64,000 nt of DNA from Glycera tridactyla (lineage: Eukaryota), in NCBI GenBank assembly GCA_965644265.1, contig OZ286463.1:56916001-56980000 (forward strand). Reading direction: 5' to 3'. Below the pieces are notes generated by a model. It was not told where the DNA came from. It searched no databases and saw only the letters and a program-made list of their open reading frames with translations. The position numbers and the translations under genes are program-made. This document shows, piece by piece, positions 52,490-63,344 of this stretch; positions within the stretch are counted from its first letter, which is position 1, and the number at the start of each line of letters is the position of its first letter.

Positions 52490-54366
52490 CTGAAATGTGC
52501 AATATAATGGTTGGAAAAAGTCACTTGCAAAGGGGATGACAAAGCCTGCAAAAGTTCCTTTGGATGAAAACATCGCCTCTATACAATCAATTCGGAATCT
52601 GCTTCAGTGTCCCTGAATCTAAACGAAAGAAACCTCAACCTTGAATTATGAAATTCACAGGATTCTGAAGTCTGGGTCCCATAAAAGCAAACTACTCTAC
52701 AACTAAAATTGGGAGGTAGAGTGAAACCTGCAATGAGAGACAGCGAAGAGTGCCCACCTGCAATAGCAGGCTGCCTCCAGAGGGCAACTTCATAAATTTC
52801 AACTTTAAATGTATTTGAACTTCCCTATGTAAAACAATCAAATAAGCATCCAATAAAAGACCACTTCTTTTGACAGACCCCTTTTTGTTGACCTTTGATG
52901 TCTCGTCAAAGCTTTCAATGCATCGGCAAAATAGCATGGAAAAGATTAGTGTCTTAAAAGTCTTGTACAAAATTATTGACTGGAATCGCAAGATATATTC
53001 TATAGATCTTAGAAAACTGAGTAGACCCCTCAAGAGGATTCTGTACTCTGTATTCTTTCCCCAATAGCCAGTTGCCTAAGTACGTTTCACGCCATAAATT
53101 CGCCATTTTTCATCTGTTCTGTGTTTATATGGCACAAATATATTGTACAGGTCTTCCGGCGATTACTAAATCTGATTTCAGGTAGTCTGTGCGATTTTGA
53201 AGAGGATTGTGCCATCATTTCATTAATTTTTCTCGGCGATTCCGCCAGCATTATCATATTTGTATATGAAACAGTGGAGATATGGCCACTGCCCTATCTA
53301 CAAAACCAGCGTGAATCGACATATCTAGCGTTCTATGGTGAAATATATAAGAGAACTTCATTATTATCTGAGCTGAATTTGTGATGCTAAGGTGAAAAAC
53401 ATACTGCAATGACAGAGCCTGACAGTCAAATAGCGTTAAAGAGTTATGTCAGATGATATGAACAAGAAGAAAACAGTGATGAACTGTCCACATGAGGTAT
53501 AATACAATGACAGTAAACATTGGAATATTATGGCATAATTAGTCTGGCAGCAGCAAAAACATCTGCTGGTGCTAGTGTAATTATAACACTCCAGGACCAA
53601 CAGACATATTAGGGGGTAGCCCTCCGAAACAAACTCCGATTGCACCCTCAACATTCCGATGCCAGAAAAAGTTGCCAAAAATTGCCTAGAATTTTTTTAA
53701 CAGTGTCAGTGAATCCTTAAACCAGTCACACATAGTTAGTGATTAGTCAACTGTTTGTGAATAAATACGAAAACCAACACCAGTGAGTGAATTTTGTGTA
53801 CATAGGTCAAGGTAGTTTACCTCCAGGCAGACCATATTGGTAGGATGGGGCCAAATGCATATAGCCCAGGGATGAAACTAAACAAGCAAATGAGAAGGCA
53901 CTCAACCAAAACACTCCTGCAATACATGCATGATGCTGTTTACATGTCAGTTAGCCAGACACTAAAGTTTTTTCCCATCTGGCTGAAGATATGGACAAGT
54001 TATTAGGCAAACTGGATGAAAGGTATTAGTCCGAAACAAATGAAGACAGTGATTGTATCCTCTGATATAACTCATATAGTCAGGAAAAGCCTGAGTTTGA
54101 TGATACCTGAGGGCTGTGAAATAGGTTCAAGTCAGGAACCTAATACACCAATCTTGAGTGGAACTTCAAGTTATGGTAAAATTGAAGACACTCCACAATG
54201 CATTTGGCAAAATCATGAACATTTTGGTAAAAGAAGAAATGGCTGCTTTAGCGAGATTTGCTACAGAAAATATCATTCTGGCACCTATGTCATGGCTGAG
54301 GAGGACTGGACATTATCCTCTCCACAAAAGCCACCTGCATACAAGGGGCACTTTTTAACATGACTA

Positions 54367-54526
54367 CAGTGAAACCTGCAATGAGAGACTCCCTGATGAG
54401 AAACCACCTCTGATGGGAGACTGCTTTTTCTGAGCAGCTCCTCTTTTTGACATAGTCAAATATACCTCTGACAAGACCACCTCTTTTCAGTGGCACTTAG
54501 GGCAGTCTCTCGTCGCAGGTTTCACT
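54367..54526 (+). mobile_element. Family A MITE (160 bp, small deletion)
   Basis: ta|CAGTGAAACCTGCAA...TCGCAGGTTTCACT. Confidence 0.88.
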
Positions 54527-54838
54527 TCGTATCATCCCATATATTTAGCGCATATATAACAGGAGAAAAAGTGTAAACAAATTTTCATAGTGCTACCTAC
54601 TTCAGTAGAGACTTGCCAGGTACCAGCAAGGACGATCCAGATGGGTCTGTGTTTACATATTATACATGCAGGGAGATTGTGCTAGCAACCCTTATCTGTG
54701 ATCTGTTAATTGGGAGTATTGGGCAGTGGTGGTACAATGTTCAGATCATAGTGGCCGGTGTGGGTCAGGTCACTCAGAGCACACCACACCTGGACAACTG
54801 AACTTTCCGAACATGGGATGAATTGAGGATGTGGGCGG

Positions 54839-55173
54839 CTGGTTTCCCGCTTGGAAGAAAAACCTTTTCGCGAATGTTTCTAGCGAAATAGGAAATTTTT
54901 TAGCAATTCAGAAAGCACTATGTTTGGATCAAAGTGTTTGATAAAATTGAAAATCGGTGATATTCTTAGGCCAACACAATTCCTAGTGCATTTTGTTCAT
55001 TAAAATAAATGGAATTAGGGACAAATTAATTCACAATGAGCCCCACCACCATGTTTCTGTCATCAGGATTGAAAATCAATGTAGCAAATTATTTTAGCGA
55101 AATGAACTTTTCTTAAGCATTTGACTCAACTGATTAGCTATAGCTAAAGCGCTAATCTGTAGAGGGAACCCTA
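54839..55173. mobile_element. 335-bp CAGGGTTCCC-type element with 5-bp TSD GGCGG; related copy at about 50560-50930 and fragment near 57070-57110
   Basis: CTGGTTTCCCGC / GAGGGAACCCTA; GGCGG on both sides; shared right arm actgattagctatagctaaa.cgc.aatct. Confidence 0.8.
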
Positions 55174-55276
55174 GGCGGTATCTACAGTTAGTTCGCTGTT
55201 TCTTGAGAGGCTGTTCTCCTTTATTTCTTCCTCAGAACCAAAAATCCTGAGATGCTTCTGCAATTACGAAGATGAC

Positions 55277-56048
55277 AATTGTTCATGTCCAAATTCAAAT
55301 TTGAGAGAAATACTGTACATACATGTACATGCGTATGAGTCACATTTTTTCGCAAATATTCAATTGACCTTTGTAGGTGAGTAGGCTTTATGGAGATGCG
55401 GTTTTTCCAAGCAGTTTTGACTGCATCTATATCAAGAAGAAAATGGCACCCAAAAGTGGTCTCTCGTCAGAACTTTCTTGATGCTTCAAATGTGCAGTTG
55501 AACTAGTCATAAGCAAGACTTGTACTAAGCAAGAATTGTTCATGTCCAAATTCAAATTTGAGAGAAACACTGTACATACATGTACATGCGTATGAGTCAC
55601 ATTTTTTCGCAAATATTTAATTGACCTTTGTAGGTGAGTAGGCTTTATGGAGATGCGGTTTTTCCAAGCAGTTTTGACTGCATCTATATCAAGAAGAAAA
55701 TGGCACCCAAAAGTGGTCTCTCGTCAGAACTTTCTTGATGCTTCAAATGTGCAGTTGAACTTGTCATAAGCAAGACTTGTACTAAGCAAGAATTGTTCAT
55801 GTCCAAATTCAAATTTGAGAGAAATACTGTACATACATGTACATGCGTATGAGTCACATTTTTTCGCAAATATTCAATTGACCTTTGTAGGTGAGTAGGC
55901 TTTATGGAGATGCGGTTTTTCCAGCAGTTTTGACTGCATCTATATCAAGAAGAAAATGGCACCCAAAAGTGGTCTCTCGTCAGAACTTTCTTGATGCTTC
56001 AAATGTGCAGTTGAACTTGTCATAAGCAAGACTTGTACTAAGCAAGAA
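55277..56048. repeat. Three near-identical 257-bp tandem units
   Basis: aattgttcatgtcc recurs at 55277, 55534 and 55791; only a few differences; each unit ends in the first ~40 bp of a family D MITE. Confidence 0.97.
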
Positions 56049-56362
56049 CTTGCCCTAAGCAATCGGTTTCTGGTCATCCCGCCAGAGTATAATTGACCTG
56101 TATTAAGCATGAATTTAATGGCTTAAGCACACTGTGGTTTTTTCACTTCCCTTGGCTTCATGCTTAGGACAAGTTTGACTGTACAGTCAAACATGTCACC
56201 TTGTCCTAAGCAAGAATTGTACTAACCAAGTCCTAATCACCAGGATTCCGTTCATCCCAACAGAGCATTTTTCCCTTAATCAACCTGTACTATGCATGAG
56301 CTTGCTCTAAGCACACACTTTTGTCATGTCCCATGGCATCATGCTTAGGACAAGTTTGACTG
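56008..56362. mobile_element. Two family D MITEs (56008-56181 and 56184-56362) joined by one TA
   Basis: CAGTTGAACTTGTC/CAGTCAAAC starts; both end ATGCTTAGGACAAGTTTGACTG|ta; CTAAGCA repeats. D fragments also near 24750-24790 and 45265-45330. Confidence 0.88.
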
Positions 56363-57113
56363 TATTTGATCATGGAGTTGTAGCTTGGCATTAGTGTTGG
56401 GATTTGATTTTTTTTCATGTTTGAAGTTTGATTTTCAAAACCAAACAAACTTCAAACAATGTTTGAATTCTACCATATTTTCCACCCACCTACTTTCATG
56501 GGCAAATTCTTTTATCTAGCTCCTATTTATTGTACAGTCTTCCTCTGCAAGTTCGACCACTTTCTATATAAGGGGACTTTGGAATTTTCCCACACAAATG
56601 ATAACAGATACCATAAGGTGAACTGATGCAGTGGTCAGATGTGGATGATTCACTATCAAAATAAACATGTTTGTGGGATGGAGGTGCTTATCAGAGCAAT
56701 GAATCCAGGCGGGCTGAGATGTGGGAGAATCAAACATATTGGCCTGGCATTCGAATATTTGATTTGTTGGAGCTATCGAAACGACATCGACTATAGTCGA
56801 ACATCAGCCCATCACTACTTGGCATGATCAATAGTCAAGCTAGACTGACTCTATTACTGTATATTAGGACTCATGTTCTCATGCACTATCATATCAGAGA
56901 TCAGACCGAGGAGTGTCTGTCATTTCTGACTGTCTACACAAGCCATCTATCTATCTATCTATCTAGCTTGGAACCAGACACATGCTGTGAACTACTCTGG
57001 CACACTGGCATCACTCAATCCTACAGTCAGTACTGGGATCCCTCATCTACAATAACCAACCATCTCCAACGCCATCAGAAATGAAAATAATTTGAGCAAA
57101 TCATTTTAGCATA

Positions 57114-57215
57114 CATTGAAACCTGTGACAAGAGACCCTCCTAAATGTCAGCAAAAAGCGGTCTCTCAAAAGAGGTAGTCTCTTGTCAGAGGTATATTTG
57201 ACTATGTCCAATAAA
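57114..57215 (-). mobile_element. First half of a family A MITE; the complementary half is at 58648-58712
   Basis: Ends at gactatgtccaataaa; the consensus continues aaagctgccctggaaaag, seen as aaagatgccctgaaaaag near 58650. Confidence 0.7.
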
Positions 57216-57264
57216 CTAGGCCTGTAGGCCTGAAATGGTAAGCGGCCAGCGGATGAACTTGATG

Positions 57265-57686
57265 GTTGGGTGGTTAGTTGGTGGGTCGGATGGTGGGTAG
57301 GTGGGTGGGTGTCGGTCGGTGGGTAGGTAGGTGGGTGAGTAGATAGGTGGGTAGGTGGGTGGTGGGTGGGTAGGTAGGTGGGTAGGTAGGTGGGTGGGTA
57401 GGAGGTTGGGTAGGTGGGTAGGTAGATGGGTGTGGCGGTAGTTGGGTGGGTAGGTAGTTGGGTGGGTGGGTAGATGGGTGGGTAGGTAAGTGGGTGGGTA
57501 GTTGGGTAGGTAGGCGTGGGTAAGTCGATGGATGGGTAGCTTGGTAGCTGGGCGGGTAGGTTGGTGGGTAGGTGGGTGGGTAGTTGGGTGGGTGGGTGGG
57601 TGGATGGGTAGGTGGGTGGGTGGTTAGCTGGGTGAGGGTGTAGATGGGTGGATGGGTAGGAGGGTGGGCACACACACACAACCACA

Positions 57687-57740
<54 letters not shown>

Positions 57741-57755
57741 CCACACACACACACA
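57265..57755. repeat. Compound (GGTR)n/(GGGT)n then (CA)n microsatellite
   Basis: About 400 bp of G-rich degenerate tetramer followed by ~85 bp of (CA)n. Confidence 0.97.
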
Positions 57756-59295
57756 GTAAGAAGCAGCAGTAAATGGGTGAGATACAATGTACAATAGAAG
57801 TCCATGTGGTGGGACCATGTGTACTGTGTTTACAAGATGCTGTTCCTGCTCAGGTGTTGGACAGCGTGTGTTGTGCCCGGCAGTGGCGGTGGTGGCCTGC
57901 GTTAGTCTGACTAGTGCTCCCTGCCTGCCAGCCACCCCTCTAGCTCCAGTGAGCTTGAGGAGGGGGAGGCGTGACAGCCGACTGTGTGCCTACAGTCAGT
58001 TTCATTCACAGTTGGGATAGGGGATAGGAAGTAAGGCCCAGTTAGTACAGAGCTATGGGAATGTGCGCGAGGCATCTGAACCTGGAACACTGAGTACATA
58101 CTGAAATGAGCACCCTGACCTAGCTAACCTGCACTGACCAACACACAAGCATGCAAAGGAAGTGCTGCTGAAGCCTTTAATATGCCAAGTGTTACCAGAG
58201 TGAAATTCCATAAACAATCTCAGTCAATAGCCCAAATGTGAATCCGATGCCGGCTTCTATTTGCATTAACAATAAACAAACAACATGCGTGCAATTTGAT
58301 AATTTGATGGTCTACCTTGCCTGTATGAATGAATATTTGTAAAGTGGTCGAGAGTTTCATGCACTCTCTGTATCCCATGTCAGCTTATGGCGGCCCACGA
58401 ATGTCAAAAATTGTTCACCTTTGTCTCTGTATCATTGCATATTGGTAAAATAACATCCAATTTCGGTCACCCAAATCAAACAATATATTTTTCATCTAGT
58501 CAGTCATACCCTGAATGGAGTTCAAAATGCTGGCATTCCCTCACTTGGTAGGACCCTTTCAATTCCAGATAAACAAACACCACCGTTTTGCAATCTCAGA
58601 GAAGCACTTGCCTTGAATGTGGAATCCGGCCAAGGCCGTCTCACCACAAAAAGATGCCCTGAAAAAGCGGTCTCTGGTCAAGGGGTCTCTACAATAGTCA
58701 TAGGTTTCAGTGTATTAAATTTTTCTTTAGAGCATATGATGTATTTTTCAGTGCATTCTGTTTATTACATCCAAGGAGGAGTCACAGTCAAGTCACTGAT
58801 GAATCCCTGAGATGCATCTGATTGTGAGTGAAATGGATATTTGATATGAAATGCATTTTGACACCTTCTTATCCTTATCAATGCATCAGAGGACTCACTC
58901 TGAACTGTAATTGGATTCCGCAGGATGCATCATCATTCTGGTGAAAATACATCACAGAATATATGGTGTGAATCGATCTCTAATACTAGATTCCCCCATG
59001 TCATTCATTCAAATTGTTGGCTTGGCCTGACACAATTGGCTTCAATAGAGGTGTAATTGTCCCGAAACAATTCAAGTACCATTATAAAGCCCATGATAAG
59101 CTGATGATGGCAAACAGGATACATGGCATGTCCTGACCCAAAATTTCCTCTGTTCCTGCCACATTCGGGACTGATTCTGGGACCCCAAACAGACCAAACC
59201 ATGTGTATACATAGCAGTGTTGCCATTCTGTACATGAATAATGCTGGGTTTGGTTTGGTTGAGGTTTAACATCATTCAACCAATCATCAAATCTA

Positions 59296-59605
59296 CAATT
59301 GTACCTATCTATAAAGGCCACCTTTGGTCGCAGCACTGTTGAAAATATAGTCGAACCTGCTCAAGAGACCACCTCTATATAGACCACCTGCTTATAAAGG
59401 CCATCCTGAGCTGTGAGCATGATAGTGTTTCAAACAGTGAATGACCTATCTATAAAGACAAACTGTCTATAAAGGTCACTTGTTGATGCTATCAAAGGTG
59501 GCCATTATAGACAGGTTCAATTGTACTATAATGGCCGCAGCTCAGGGTGGCCTGTGTAGGCAAGTGGCCTTTATAGAGAGGTGGCCTCTCAAGCACTTTC
59601 AACTG
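59296..59605. mobile_element. Family B MITE (reverse) with a second B copy (59348-59523, forward) nested at an internal TA
   Basis: Outer actgttgaaaa|TA|...|TA|ctataatggccgcagctcaggg matches the B consensus gaaaaTActaccacgg. Confidence 0.85.
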
Positions 59606-60144
59606 TAGCTGATCATCAACCCATCACTCAGAATGCAGCAGTGATGCCAATGAGATTTAGTGAACTCTCCGGACATATGGTAAAATTTTGTGGAAAACAT
59701 ATTCCCGGGCGTTCCAAAACTTGTCCATATTGCAGCAACTTTGCAATTTCGATCTTCATAACTCTGAAAATCTTTGGCTAATTGGAGTCATTGCCACTAG
59801 TCTACTTCCATCCTTTAACAATATTGTAGGGTTCTTTTGATGGATCAATATTGTGGACTACTGTAATAGAGCAAGAAACAGAAAGAAAAGGGTAATTTGC
59901 ATCTGCCTATGCTGGAGCCAGGGATATGTGAGTATTATGTCAGAGCAGAGTCTCATAATACAGGATAAATGCAGTATGAATAAGTTATCACTCTCGAGGG
60001 ACCAACATCATCTCGTTCCACAGCTTTAGCTGCTGTACTATTTCTCTTGCTACCGATGTCGCTGAGAGATAGTAGGCACCTTCACAAATGCATTGCATCC
60101 ACATTGTGGATAATACACAAGCATGGTACCCACAAACATATGTA

Positions 60145-60321
60145 CAGTGAAACCTGTCTTAAGTGAAAAGTCACGGGACCAAATTTTCCTTTCACTTAAG
60201 ACAGGATTTTGCTTAGCGCAGGACAATTATAGTGAGAAAAAAACAGCCGGGCCGATTGTGGGGTATGTGCTTAAGACAGGACTTTGCCTAGCGCAGGTTT
60301 ACTCTCGAGCAGGTTTCACTG
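60145..60321 (-). mobile_element. Family C MITE (inverted relative to 15860 and 34119)
   Basis: ta|CAGTGAAACCTGTCTTAAG...GAGCAGGTTTCACTG|ta; 177 bp. Confidence 0.92.
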
Positions 60322-60900
60322 TACTGCAAAACTTGAAATGATGGCCAAATGAGTCAAAAACCATGAAAAGAGCAGGAGTGATGCTTCACCGTCATCCCTG
60401 ATGGCAACACTTCAAAGTAAATGTCCCACGCCCATCGGTGGCTGCCATCCACGTAGACCCTGGACTCCCATCCTACCCATGAGTGCTCTGTGCCAAAAGG
60501 CACATAAATTTGGAAAAAGGCACAAACATCCATATGTAGTGTGCCCGAAAGGCACACACAATCCAGTCCACTTGGATAAGATTACATGTTAAAAGGCACA
60601 ATGACAATTAGAATTCAAATGAATCTGCTAGAAAAACCCAAAAAGTTTCCCTCGCCAGAAAAACACTCTTATGATGGATATTTGTCAATATCAGTTGCAT
60701 GTTTCCCTGCAGTAGTTCATTCTGTAATTCAGGCGCACCAGCAAGATAGCAGTCATGATGGCCGCAAATTGGCCTGACTGGGTCGATTTATCTAGGCTTC
60801 TCGATTGCCATGCTGGTGCCATCGTGCTGGTGCCACCGGGCTGGTGCTGTCATGGGCTGTGGCACCCAATACTTGTTCTGCTTGTGTGTGCTGGAGACTG

Positions 60901-60914
60901 GTAACCATGGCAAC
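60901..60914. promoter_or_regulatory. RFX X-box-like palindrome GTAACCATGGCAAC
   Basis: One mismatch from the perfect GTTGCCATGGCAAC; lies in a non-repeat GC-rich patch. Motif match only. Confidence 0.3.
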
Positions 60915-61112
60915 CATAGTTCATACATGTCCTTATCATAGTATCTGCATAGTAGCAACAAGAACTGTTATCTAGTGATAGTCATTTATGTTACTGAGGA
61001 TTCCTTGGGTGATGTCACTGAGGGGCTGGGAAAATACTCTTGATGCAGGAAAATTGTGCAGAATAATAGAAATCAGCTGTTTTCAATGGCATTTAACCAA
61101 TCATCAAATATA

Positions 61113-61300
61113 CGGTCAAACCTATCTATAAAGGTCACCTTTGGTCACCACGAAAAGTGCCTTTGTGGACAGGTGGCCTTTAGAGAGAGGTTATCAAAAA
61201 GTTTGAAGCTAGTAATCCTTCACGCGATCAAGGTCGCTTGTAGAGCGATCGAAATGACGAGATCATTTCGATAATTTCATTCCGAAGTGGGTGTTGTTTT
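61113..61300. mobile_element. Truncated longer B-related element (left TIR plus CpG-rich interior)
   Basis: ta|CGGTCAAACCTATCTATAAAGGTCACCT...; no right TIR. Confidence 0.5.
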
Positions 61301-61803
61301 CACCTGGCCACACTACCAAGCACATTTCTTCCAATTATTTGAAATACCATGGCGTTGTTTTGAAAATTTCCCTTCCCTCCAAAAACACCCCTATTTCCCT
61401 GAAAATGCCCCCTTTTTCACAGAGGGAGCCCCCCCCCCCCAAGTAAAATTTTAGATTAGACACTGGTACCCTACATCTGGTCAATTTTTATTCACAGTAA
61501 TTGACCTGCACAAAGTGGAAACTTGCTTTATACCTATAGTGAAGCTCACAGACATCAGAGCTTTCCTGCATGTGATAACTCCCGCCACTGTCAACTATCT
61601 TAGAATGACGTCAATGATCGATGCAAGTAAACAACTGGCACAGCCGGGTCATGTGTACATAATCAATATACATGTAGTTAGTTGGCTCTGATAATCTTAA
61701 GTTCTTCAACTGATTTCACAAAATACTTACTCACACAGCCTGCTCTTCATGTGTGTGTGGCAGGGGGGGGGGGGGGCACACTAACTAGGGAGAATATGGT
61801 ATA

Positions 61804-61964
61804 CAGTGAATCCTGCTATGAGAGACCGCCCTAAATGTCACTGAAAAGGGGTCTCTCAAAAGAGGTGGTCTTTCGTTAGAGATATATTTGTCTAAGGCAG
61901 ATATAAAACCTGCCCTGGAGAAGCAATCTCCTGTCAGAGGTGGTCTCTCAGCGGGGTTTCAAAA
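61804..61964 (-). mobile_element. Family A MITE (diverged)
   Basis: ta|CAGTGAATCCTG...GGGGTTTCAAAA|ta. Confidence 0.8.
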
Positions 61965-62229
61965 TATCTCTTAAAAAGCACCAAATTGGATTGTCAAGAA
62001 AGCTGCTATTACTGTAGGTCTACTTGCTAAATATGACAGGAATGTCCTGAAAGAATCACTTGCTTATCGCGGGTGACTGCTCATTGCAGGTGATCGCTCA
62101 TCAGAGAATTGATCATTACAAGATACGAGATATAAGATACAGAAATATTTATTTAGATGGGCATCAACAGTACAATTATGGCAGTACAACAGCATATGAG
62201 CAGTAAAATAATAATTTGAACAGAGACTA

Positions 62230-62445
62230 CAGTGTTGGATATCAGGCAAGATCATGAGACATTTGTTTCACACTGAGTGAAATGTCTCACATTTTGAAAG
62301 GTGGTGAGACAGATGTCTCACTTTAGTCAGACCCCAGAGCATTCACACTTGAAACATTTGTTTCATATCTGTGTAAATTGTCTCACATTTTGAATAGTGG
62401 CAGGGACAAATGTCTCACTTCAGCCATACCTCAGAGCCAATACTG
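62230..62445. mobile_element. CAGTGTTGG-ended hAT-like MITE with two 95-bp internal units rich in TGTCTCAC
   Basis: TIR CAGTGTTGG / CCAATACTG; units start at 62256 and 62351; no TSD discernible. Confidence 0.5.
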
Positions 62446-62568
62446 TGATAGTACCCAGAGACCTTGGTATGAGATGACCTACTTAGCCCATAAAGTGTAA
62501 CACATGTGAGGGGAGCTGGTGAGTCACCCCTCCCCCCTTGGCAGTTGAACATGCACCCCACTTCCAAG

Positions 62569-62705
62569 ATGGCCAGCAGACGAGCCACAACTTGGCAGAG
62601 CAAATGGAGAAGTGGCTATGGAACAGTATGTGCTGCAATCAACTGTAGTAATTACACTGGAACTGCAACTGTGTCTTTCTTTTCATTTCCAAGGGAGGAA
62701 GCCAG
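62569..62705 (+). CDS. First coding exon of a THAP zinc-finger domain protein (host THAP gene or THAP-transposase remnant): MASRRATTWQSKWRSGYGTVCAAINCSNYTGTATVSFFSFPREEA(R)
   Basis: caagATGGC start; C-x4-C (CAAINC) followed by SFFSFP, the N-terminal half of the THAP motif; consensus donor CAG|GTAAGT right after FPREEAR. The exon with the THAP W and second C/H ligands is not visible (gaps follow). Confidence 0.65.
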
Positions 62706-63344
62706 GTAAGTCAACTGCATAATCATGTGACTATCCAACTCCTTAAAATGAAGCTAGTTTAATGTAGGGTGATATACCATGGCAACAGGGTACAGCAGTC
62801 GACTGTTGTATATTGTCACATGAGGAGTGTGTGTGTGGGGGGAGGGGGATGCGTGCATGTGTATGCACGTATGTGTGAGNNNNNNNNNNNNNNNNNNNNN
62901 NNNNNNNNNNNNNNNNNNNNNNNNNNNNNNNNNNNNNNNNNNNNNNNNNNNNNNNNNNNNNNNNNNNNNNNNNNNNNNNNNNNNNNNNNNNNNNNNNNNN
63001 NNNNNNNNTGTTCGTGTGTGTGTGTGCCCCAGTGTCTGTGTCGGTTCAATGAATGCGTTGTGGATTATTGCATGAAATAATTGAGCATAGATAATCACAC
63101 ACTGCACAGTCAGATGGTGATCTTCAGGGCCATGGAAGGTGTGTGTCCTCTCGGCCTCTCTTGATCTGCCACTTANNNNNNNNNNNNNNNNNNNNNNNNN
63201 NNNNNNNNNNNNNNNNNNNNNNNNNNNNNNNNNNNNNNNNNNNNNNNNNNNNNNNNNNNNNNNNNNNNNNNNNNNNNNNNNNNNNNNNNNNNNNNNNNNN
63301 NNNNNNNNNNNNNNNNNNNNNNNNNNNNNNNNNNNNNNNNNNNN

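Larger units (their letters stand above)
11081..63344. other. Twelve assembly gaps (N-runs of about 130-280 nt) scattered in this span, several next to microsatellites
   Basis: N-runs start at 11081, 19324, 23723, 25101, 26559, 28680, 37706, 39809, 41842, 44658, 62880 and 63176. Confidence 0.97.

Noticed and set aside
57101-57805. 234-aa and 158-aa Pro/Thr-rich ORFs
   Set aside because: They are translations of (GGTR)n and (CA)n microsatellites and a MITE end; no splice or domain support.
57800-57995. GC-rich open frame on the minus strand (AHSRLSRLPLLKLTG...EQEQHL) as an anoctamin exon
   Set aside because: Only phase-0 weak donors, no phase-1 link to 52489, and it lies inside a probable insertion.
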